Positions 27,215-36,327 of a stretch of 55,532 nucleotides of DNA are shown piece after piece. Origin of the DNA: Mesotaenium endlicherianum (taxonomy: Eukaryota); the NCBI GenBank assembly GCA_009602735.1, contig WELA01003463.1, positions 34,720-90,251 on the forward strand. Reading direction: 5' to 3'. The position numbers and the translations under genes were made by a program. The notes beneath the pieces are model-generated. The model saw only the letters and a program-made list of their open reading frames with translations, searched no databases and was not told the origin of the DNA. Numbering within the stretch: position 1 is the stretch's first letter; each line of letters opens with the position of its first letter.

Positions 27215-28493
27215 CTACCGGCGCTGTCCATTTTTTGACAACTTTTTGGGGCATGAGAGTGCACGATGGCCCTTTTCCTTGCAATAAAAGCATAGTCCAG
27301 CCGTCATGAGAGCTTCTTTTTCAGCCAGGGAGAGTCTTGCTTTCACTCCTTGCTGGTTTCCTGCATCATAAGTGTCATTGGAGGGTCTTCCACTCTTCCG
27401 GGCAGCCGCGGGGTCCCTTTTAAGAACTCCAATTTCCATGGGTGTGGGTCCAGATTCGGATGTGGAAGGGGTTGCATACACCCGCGTCGCCGGTACCCGT
27501 GAAGATGAAGGCACGGAGTGCTTGAAATCCAAGGTATCCACCTTGGGCCACTTCAATGAACTTTGAGAAGTCCGTCAAGTCGCGTAATTCCACTTCCTTT
27601 GCCACCTTGGGTTTGAGGCCAAAGATGTAGCGGTCAATCTTCTCCTTGAGAGACATGTTGGGGATCTCAAGAGTGAGGGCGTGAAATCTGGATGCATACT
27701 CTTGAACGGACGTCGTTTGCTTGAGATGGTGGAGCTTTCCTTGTTCAATCTTCTCCGCATTGATGGGCATGAATTGCTTTTTGAGGGCCTCACGAAAATC
27801 TGCCCATCTTGCATATGATGGTGGGGGCTCTTGGCCGAGCATGGGGTGCGCCATAGCTTGATATATAGCCGCTTGATAGTTACGCCACCATGATGTTGCT
27901 GCTCCTCTAAGTAAGGTAACGGCAAAGGGAACGTAGTCCTCCTCGGGTACTTCAAGGAATGCGAGGTACGTCTCCACTTGGTAGAGCCATAAATTCAGGT
28001 TGGCACCTTTCCCGGGGTTGAAAGTGTCGGGTTTGCCGGGCTTGATGAGTTTCCTTGCTCTCGTTGGCTCTTGTGGAGGCGCTTGAGCCGGGGCTGGATT
28101 TTGAGCATTGCTCGCAATAGGGGCAACCATGGCAGCCATAGCTTCTCTTGACGCTTGCACGGTTGCTTCATAGGTGGCCAAGCCCACTTGGTTGTGGACG
28201 GTCATTAGGAAGGCTGCCCACTCATTTGCGGGAACTCCTTGTGGTGGGGTCAACTTTGCTATAGCGGCTGCCACGGGATTTGACGGTGCTCCTCCTTGTG
28301 GTGCTTCTTGTTGTTGCAGATTTCCTTGAGTAGGCTCTCCCATCGGCGCTGGAGGAGGGTGTGCTCCTCCTTGTGGTGCTTCTTGTTGTTGCAGATTTTC
28401 TTGAGTGGGCTCTCCCATCGGCGCTGGAGGAGGGTGTCTTGGAGAGGAAGGGCTTCCTTCGAAAGCTTGCTGTTGGTCTTGAGGATCGGCCAT
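27215..28493 (-). pseudogene. Chromovirus C gag (one frameshift near 27556), with CCHC knuckle
   Basis: KPGKPDTF..WLYQVETY..LLRGAATSWW..LKQTTSVQEYASRF..YIFGLKP; CFYCKEKGHRALSC. A 75-bp tandem duplication (HPPPAPMGEPTQxNLQQQEAPQGGA x2) lies near the N-terminus. Confidence 0.88.
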
Positions 28494-28517
28494 CTTCTTG
28501 TGCTACCAAAGTGCCTA

Positions 28518-28529
28518 GATTTGATACCA
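28518..28529 (-). promoter_or_regulatory. tRNA-Met(i)-type primer-binding site of chromovirus C
   Basis: TGGTATCAAATC one base after the 5' LTR; the first 8 nt match the canonical TGGTATCAGAGC. Confidence 0.75.
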
Positions 28530-28530
28530 T

Positions 28531-29067
28531 TGTAGTGAAACAGATAGATAAAGTACTTAGTAAAACAGAATACTCTATTTATTCAAGACAAGGATCTTTG
28601 AATACAAGTGGTAGCTTCTTGAAAGAGAGATGGCTTCTTGATAGTTAATATATTTCTGGAATTTGGCAAGTACAAGAGTGATTCTGGAATGTCTTTCTAT
28701 GTTCTAGCTCTTGTTTATATACTTGTTACATAAGTAATTTCTAGGAAGGTGTATGTTGATGTGTTGGCACCCAACACATCCCAAAACTTGCCACCTCTTT
28801 CTAGAATAATGTACACATGTCCTTTTGACCTAAAAATGGCACATCTGACTTTTGCCACATGGAGTTCTTCTAGGTCTTTCCTCTAACTTCGAAAATGCCT
28901 NGTCTAGGTCTTTCCATTAACTTCGAAAATGCCTTGGAAGGTTCAAAGGACATGAACCAAGTCACTAGAGTACCTATTCACACTTGAATCCACACAATAC
29001 TACTCCGAATGTATTTGAAAACATTAAAATATATGCAAACTAATATATTATAACTCAAATCACTACA
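28531..29067 (-). repeat. 5' LTR of chromovirus C
   Basis: Matches 22773-23267 apart from substitutions, a short indel near the end and a duplication around the single N at 28901. Confidence 0.95.
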
Positions 29068-31184
29068 CTTTCGCTTAACTTCCACAAGTCACAGCTTACA
29101 AAACTCTGAAACTGCACATCTATGCTGGCCTGGTCGGAGCTCTTCACTCAACACCGCGCCTTAACAGCTCTTCACTGCTCTGCTGGGCTCACTCAGTTCT
29201 TCACTGACAGCTTTACTTGTTAAGATTACTCTTGTTATCAGCAATTCGACAATTGAGACTTTTGAGAACTTAGAAACTAACACAGTACTCACCATTTTAA
29301 GTGTCCCTCGCACGTTTGTGGCATTTGACCCAAATCTGTGCTAATCTCGTAACATATTCTATTCTGCAGCTCTCTACTTTCTACCAGCGAGATCCTCTCT
29401 CGGGAACTCTTGAGGTCTAACCTATGATACCCTTAGGAAGAAATCTTCCAACGTCGCTAGAAGCGTGGCGTCTCGGTTCTTCTATGGCCTTGGGAACTCC
29501 TTCTTCTTCGTGCTCCCTCCGCTTCTTCAACTTCCTTTGACAACAATGCGAGCAAGAATGAGGCAGCTACAGGCAGGACTCGTGCCTTTCACAGGCACCA
29601 CACATTATCCTCTCTTGAGAATGCCAGTGCTTAGTCACAGTGCTTAGCTTGCATGCCATCCTTACCTAGCAGCTCTCACACAGCTTAGGAGTTGTCATTC
29701 CGCATGCATGCATGCCTTGGGATTGTCGCGCGTGACTGGTTAGCCCTTCAGCTGACAATCATGCCTATGTGGCCGACTGACAGCGTTTAGAATGAACGCT
29801 CAAGCCGTGACTAGTCACCTGAGGGTCTTGGCCGAGGTGGCACACAACGCTTTTGCAACATCCCTGCTGTACTTGGCTTAGATAGCCAATTGATAAGTAC
29901 CTTTCCGGGCACTAGCTGGTTCCACTCCTAGCCTTTCGGCTGACTACTCCGTCCAAATCCCCATCCATCCCTGGGTGTGGGTTTGACGTGTCGTGACCAC
30001 TTTGACAGTGATAACGACTTTGACATGACCGCTGACTGAGATCACTCGGTCCTTTGGTCGGTTAGTCAACGCTGACTTCCCGTACCTGGGCGGCCGTGGC
30101 TTGCGCTGTACGTGCAGTACCGCCAAACGGGTAGCAGTCGCGATAGCGGTTGCACTTCGTGGACCAAACCTGATTTTTGGAAATAGGAGTACATCACTCT
30201 GAGGCTGTGCAAGTGGTGAAGCGGCCTAAATTGCTCAAACAATTTGCAAAACAAAAGTTTGGTCCCGCCAACGGTTATAAAAGTCGTCGACGGGCTTTGT
30301 CAATCCAATATGTATGTTAAAAGTTAACCACGTTTGAGAACGCGCATCCAACAGCTTTCATGAAATTTGTTTGTGATGTATTTTAGTGAAGGTTAGAATT
30401 AAAAGGGTGCAATTTCTTCAACAATTTGAGTGACCAATTTATCCCCCCCACAATCTGCCCCATGCAATAAATTAACAGTATTGACATCGAATAAACTAAT
30501 GATGTATGGGATAACCAAAAGTTTTGAATCTAAATTTTTTGAATTGCTGGTTGCACGTTCGAAGCAATTGCTAGAAAGAGCAATAAGAACCATAAGAGCA
30601 ATGAGAACCACATAAGATTACTTGGCAACATTCATTGATAATAACGAAGTAAATGCTTGGATATCCAAACGCAATTTCGTAGGGCTGGTGACCCATACGT
30701 ATGTATTGTTGAGAATTTTGATATTAGATGATGCAACAGTGCACCAACAATATGATTAATGAGGAAAATTGCTACTTTGTATGTCCTGTTGCATTTTGAC
30801 ATCACTGTTATGAGGTTGTAAAGTTTTAACCTTTTCTAGAATGGCAATTGTCAAGCTTCTCCCCATGAAGATGGAAACTTCTGTCATAAACTTTTAACAA
30901 GTAAGGTGACGATACCTAGACAAGCATCTCTCTTGAGGTGTTAGATGCGCAAAAACTTGAAAATTAGGTTTGCCTAACCTCAAAATGCGTACAAATTGGT
31001 ACCTGAGAAGAGAAGGCAGGGGTTCAGCAAGAGAGATGGCAGGGCATGGGGGGGAAACTCTCTTCTAGAATCCGGGTGAAATAGCGCCCAAAATTCAAAG
31101 TTTTTAATTAGCGCCCTGAAATCAAAACAACAGAATTAGTACAGTGAATTAGTGACCTTTAATCAGACAAATATGTACTAATAG

Positions 31185-31487
31185 TGTCGTGCCTAACAGT
31201 GTCGGTCCCTTGGCACGTGCGTAGCCTTCCAGCACGCGTGCCTTCGGCCTGGTTGATGTGTCGGTGGCCCTCCTCACGTGTGGCAGACATGGTTGATTGA
31301 CCTTTGCACGTGTGTCGATGACAAGCCTTACCAGGGTTAACCCATCCCTGGGTTCCTGAACTTGCACCATGCAGCCTTGACCAACACTCAGGGTGACGTT
31401 CTCTGTCACCCGGCTCTCACCGTCTGCTTATCCTAAGACTTTAGCAGAAAATTTAAAAATACTTGCCTTGCCTTAATTCCTCTTACA
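31185..31487 (-). repeat. Element B repeat X, terminal copy (303 bp)
   Basis: Near-identical to 36013-36315. Confidence 0.93.
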
Positions 31488-31823
31488 AGGACGGAAGTCT
31501 CTTACTTCCACATAGGCTTTATGCCTTAAGGTTCTTGGGTTCACAGGTGAGCAAATTGTAGTTTGCAGAAATCACACTCTAAGCAGCTTGACATGCAACG
31601 TCAGATTCAAAGAAAATCGCCCTTCAGGCTTTTCGCTTAACTTCCACAAGTCAGCTTACAAAACTCTGAAACTTCGTCTATGCCTGGGTCAAGCTCTTCA
31701 CTGCCAGGCTGGGCTCACTCAGTTCTTCACTGAGAGCTTTATCTGTCAATACTACTCTCTCTCTTCGAGATGCGAATGCGACTTCTGAGAAGTTGGAAAT
31801 CAACACACAACTCACCATTTTAA

Positions 31824-34800
31824 CACTAGATTTACTGCCTATAGGACCAAAACCGACACCACAATAGCCTATCTTTGAATGCTCATACTAAAATGAGTGC
31901 TTATGTGGTACATAAGAGCCATATATATACTGAATCTACTTTGAGTAAGCAATCTGGCAATGTACTTTTTCCAATTTTTCCGGGATATTTTAGTGTACGT
32001 TTTTGTACTTCAAGGAAAACACACGTGTGAGGTCCCATAAGTACATTTCTTCTCAGCACAATATCCGGAAAGGTACAACTTATTTCTAGATCCTGATTTT
32101 TTCCAGCATTTATCCTGATGTAAGGAGGACAGTGCACTTTACAGATATGCAATTTATTTAGTATCCTAGCTGCTACACCAGCCCAATGTTTGGGACCCAA
32201 ATTGACACCAAGTTTTTTGGTCATTGGTCCCATAAGGAATCTAGGAAATGCATCATGCAGATTTATTGTTTGGTGCATAACTTTTACAATTCTTGATGGA
32301 AATTATTGAAACAAGTTCAGGCATGCTTAGAATACCTTACACAAGCACTATGAAACATGAAAACACCAAAAATATGTAAAGCAAAAATTATGAGTCTTGT
32401 CATGTATGGCTCCATGGCCGACGCGTCGGAAATCTGGTATATGGCAGATGGTGTGAGGTAAAAAAATATTAGTCTTAGAGTTATGCACCTTTCATCAATG
32501 CTACTGTTTAGGAGCACCAGTGGGCAACCTCTTCCTACCACAATCTAGATGCTCTATGTTTCTGGTAGTGTGAAAAATTTCAAAGCAAGGAGTGGGATGT
32601 AAGGCAACATTACAAGGTATACACATGAATTGGCACCTCTTCTTCCGTGCTGCAGCTCCTAAGTCAAAGTACTTAGCACTACACACCACGTAGCTTGTCC
32701 TTTCTCCTTTCTTCACCTTGTCAAGAAAGTGCCTCCCAGTCCACCTTTGCTCTTCAGCAGCTCCTGCTGCACTTGACCTGGTCTGCCTGTCGCGAGGATG
32801 TACCCACTCCGACATCTCCCTCACTAGTTGCAACATGAACAAGTATCTGTCAGCACCAGGGTGGGCCAGCTCATACAATATGTATGCATTAGCAATGGCA
32901 CCATCAAATAAGCCCCAATACAGGCGGTGCCACCACTTCCTAGCTACTTGCTCAGTCTCCACAGAGTAGTTGTCTCTCAAGCATAACTTGTCAAATTGAT
33001 CGACCGCGTCTTTGTACATGTTATAGTGCTTCACAATCTCTGGTGCAGGTATAGTCTTAGTCTCTCCTCCCTTCTGTCTCCTCTCAACCTCAACTACAGT
33101 AAGACCTTGACAGTTAGACAAAAGATACGCAGGCTTCTTGTCTTGCCAAACTACAGCTACGTGTTCAGGCCATTCTGACACGAGCGCTGTGAATGACCCT
33201 TGCTCCGCCTCTTTCTCTTCTGCAGGTATGTCTAAGACCAGCTGCTTAGTAGGATAGTGCATTCTATTTACAACTGTGCCTGTTGCTCCATGGCCAAGCT
33301 CTGACAGTGCTCTCACAAGTACAGGACTTGTGAAGCCTCTATCTAATACAAAGCTGTAAGTCTGACCCTCTGGCAAAGTGCTGACCATCTCCATAATAAC
33401 AGTGGTATTTTTGCCAGGTCTCTTGACCTTGTCAAATACTACAAAGTCCCAGCAGTAATATGTGACACTATCAACCAGTGTGAACAACTCAATGCCAAAT
33501 TTGTGAGGCTTCTTAGGACAATACACCCGGACTGGATACTGTCTATTTCCAGTTGGAATAAGTCTCTCATCAATTGTCATGTGCACACCTGGATTATAGT
33601 GCTCCTTGAATGCTCTTTAGAGTAGATCTATGAAGGGTTGACACTACCAGAGCTTATACTCTCCAGACTTAGGAGGAAATACATCTCTGCCTGCATTAGA
33701 AATAATATGCATGTTTGCTTTTATCTGGACCCACCTATCTCTAGACATGTATTTGCCATAGGCAGGAAACTTTACAGGACCAAAATTGTCATTCTTCCAG
33801 TACATGGTGTACCTAGGCAAGGAATTCAATGCCATAGCAATACACAAGCCATGCCACATGATGAGCTCACTAGTGGTCAGCTGGTTCCATTGCTTTGCAC
33901 CTTCACTATGTGCATATGCATTGGTAACAGAAACCATGGAGTCATACCAGTCTACACCAATGAGAAGGCTCAAAACAGCAAAAGGGCTGAAGTTGTGAAA
34001 GTGCCTTGTGCTCACTCTGGCCAGGCCTGTGGCCAGAGTGCTGACAGGCTTCACCAGCCAAGGTGGAACTTCACCTCTAGCAGCAGGCCTCCAGGAGTAC
34101 TCCTCTCTGTTGGCAGGCTCCTCAACTTCTTCTTCTTCAGCAGCAGCAGGCACCATTGGCTCTCCTTCAGACTCCAGCTCCGTGTCTGAGCTGTACTCCT
34201 CTTCATCTGAGTGCCTGTTCTTCTTCTTGCTGTAGCCCCTCTTTGCCCTCCTCTTAGCAGTCTCCCTTGCCACTACCACCCTGTTCCTTCTCTCTTCCCT
34301 GTTAGCAGGCACAGACATGTCTGGTCCTGTCTGTTTTGATGGTCTCCCTCTCTTTCGTGTTGACTCTATCGGTTCTAAGCCTGTTTTCGACTCTTCCTCT
34401 GTGTCTATTGTGTCTGCTACTGGTGTGGGGGTGTCTTTCGGTGGTGTGGGAGTGTCTTCTGGTGGTGTGGGAGTGTCTTCAGGTTTGGGGGGGGTGTTTA
34501 CAATGCTAGGAGTAACTTCAATCACATGAGAAGCAGGAAGCTGTGAAAGTGGGTCCGAAGAGGCCTCAACTCTAACAACTCCCTCATATGGGCAAAACCA
34601 ACGAAATTCGGGGATAGAAGGCATGTATTGTAGTATTTGGCTGCGTCCCCATGTTTTGTACTCTCCATCGTAGCCAAAATAGATCTTAAACTTGGTTTCT
34701 TTGGTCTTATGCACCTCTTCCTCTAATATTCCGACCAAAAAAAACTCTTTGTAATGCTTTCCAAACTCTTGTGCTGCCCAAGTTTCACCCCAGATCTTAC

Positions 34801-35165
34801 TAGGTGTCAGTATCTTAGTGCCTACAGCTACCGGGGGGCCTGTAGACGAAGAAGCAATGTCAGCCATGGCTTCTATAGCATGCAAAGCAAAAGAAATGAC
34901 AGACAGGAAGAGGCCTGTTCGAATGTCAAAATCGAAACAGAAGGTGACCTCTTCGTGGCCGGCAAACTTACATAACTTCGTCATATATTGGCCGTTATGG
35001 CTAAAACTAATTTGCTGGAGGGGTTTGAGTTATGACACATCCAATGAGCCTATTTTTAGACAATTCTGATTAAAAAAAAAGTAGGCTAAGGGGGTGTAGA
35101 ATTTTGCCTAGTTATGGGACATAAATTGGTTCAGAACCAAAATAGGACCCACAGTATAGCTAGTG
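31824..35165 (-). mobile_element. piggyBac-superfamily DNA transposon (3342 bp)
   Basis: TTAA TSD at 31820-31823 and 35166-35169 (a single TTAA in the uninterrupted Y copy near 45523). Imperfect 14-bp TIRs CACTAGATTTACTG / CACTAGCTATACTG. Transposase ORF inside. Confidence 0.93.
32501..34867 (-). pseudogene. piggyBac transposase, one reading frame with two premature stops (33644-33646, 33617-33619)
   Basis: MSRDRWVQIK, TIDERLIP (D1), PKKPHKFGI, LDRGFTS (D2), YNMYKDAVDQFD (D3), KWWHRLYW, C-terminal Cys/His domain CQFMCIPCNVALHPTPCFEIFH. The start Met is a best guess. Confidence 0.9.
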
Positions 35166-36012
35166 TTAAGGCTGCTTCACACACACACTTGTGGCGTTTG
35201 GCTGAGTCCGTGCTAATCTCCTAGCAGATTCTATTCTCCAGTTCTCCTTCTTCAACCGTGAAATTCCCTCTTGGGAACTCCTACAATCCTAACTTATCTA
35301 CGATACACAGAAGAATCTTCAGCGTCGTCAGAAGCGTGGGGCTTTGGCCCTCCAGTGGCCTTGGGAACTCCTTCTTCTCTCTCCTTCTGCTTCTTGGCAA
35401 AGGTGCATGAGAGTGAATGACATGTCTCAGGCAAGATTCGTGCCTTTGGCAGGCACCACACAGCGTCATCTTTCGAGAATGCCGTGCTTAGTCACACAAC
35501 TTAGTTGCATGTCGCCTCTGCCTAGCCATGCTCAACTCAAACTCGTAGTCACTCAGCATGCATGCACACCTTGTGACTGTCGCGCGTGGCTGCTTAGCTT
35601 CTCAACTGGCAGTCACGCCTAATTGGCTCATGGCTAAGAATTCCTGAGCGGCGTGCAAGCAAATGCCACTTGCTCAAGTTTTCCCAACGGGGCGGCCGTA
35701 ACCTATCTTGGCATTGCAGCCATGACCTGGCTTAATCTGCCAGTCACACAGTACCTGACCTGGTACTTGCTGGGCGGCTCATTGCTGATCCCCAGCTCCT
35801 AGCCTCGCGGCTGTCTTGTCAAAACCTCCCCCATCCCTGGGTGTGGGGCACACTGACATTGACCCCTTGCCAGTGGTCTTGACGCCGCCATAACCGCTGA
35901 CTGCGATGTAATCAGTCAAGTGGTCGGTGAGTCAATGTTGACTTTCAGCACTAGGTGGCCGTAGCTTGCGCTGCGCGTGCGACACCGTCAAACGGATAAT
36001 AGTCGCGACAGC

Positions 36013-36315
36013 TGTCGTGCCTAACAGTGTTGATCCCTTGGCACGTGCGTAGCCTTCCAGCACGCGTGCCTTCGGCCTGGTTGATGTGTCTGTGGCCCTC
36101 CTCACGTGTGGCATACATGGTTGATCGACCTTTGCACGTATGTCGGTGACAAGCCTTACCAGGGTTAACCCATCCCTGGGTTCCTGAACTTGCACCATGC
36201 AGCCTTGACCATCACTCAAGGTGACGTTCTCTGTCACCCGGCTCTCACCATCTGCTTATCCTAAGACTTTAGCAAAAAATTTAAAAATACTTGCCTTGCC
36301 TTAATTCCTCTTACA
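36013..36315 (-). repeat. Element B repeat X, internal copy directly after the PPT
   Basis: Matches 31185-31487; separated from Y by GC (36011-36012). Confidence 0.93.
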
Positions 36316-36327
36316 CCCCTCCCTTTC
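36316..36327 (-). promoter_or_regulatory. Polypurine tract of element B
   Basis: GAAAGGGAGGGG on the - strand, followed by TGTAAG. Confidence 0.85.

Larger units (their letters stand above)
22773..29067 (-). mobile_element. Element C: conventional Ty3/gypsy chromovirus nested in element A
   Basis: Paired LTRs TGTAGTG...CACTACA, 5-bp TSD CTTTC (22768-22772 / 29068-29072), Met-type PBS, PPT, gag-PR-RT-IN-chromodomain. Confidence 0.95.
11836..30145 (-). mobile_element. Element A: DNMT-carrying Ty3/gypsy-type retrotransposon with split terminal repeats, degenerate, interrupted by a chromovirus
   Basis: Termini TGTCGTGCC (11836) and GTCGCGATA (30145; GACA in the other copies). 4-bp TSD GCGG at 11832-11835 and 30146-30149. 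Gag-PR-DNMT-RT-RH-IN-PHD remnants on the - strand, colinear with element B. Confidence 0.92.
22628..30145 (-). repeat. Element A repeat Y, 5' copy (22628-22772 and 29073-30145), split by the chromovirus
   Basis: The sequence on either side of the insertion continues the 12057-13274 copy without a gap. Confidence 0.9.
31488..36010 (-). repeat. Element B repeat Y, 3' copy (31488-31823 and 35170-36010), split by the piggyBac
   Basis: Matches 45159-46367 except for substitutions and two small deletions (32 bp total). Confidence 0.92.

Noticed and set aside
28869..28935. About 32-bp tandem duplication in the chromovirus 5' LTR
   Set aside because: It straddles a single N at 28901 and is absent from the 3' LTR, so it is probably a contig-join artefact.
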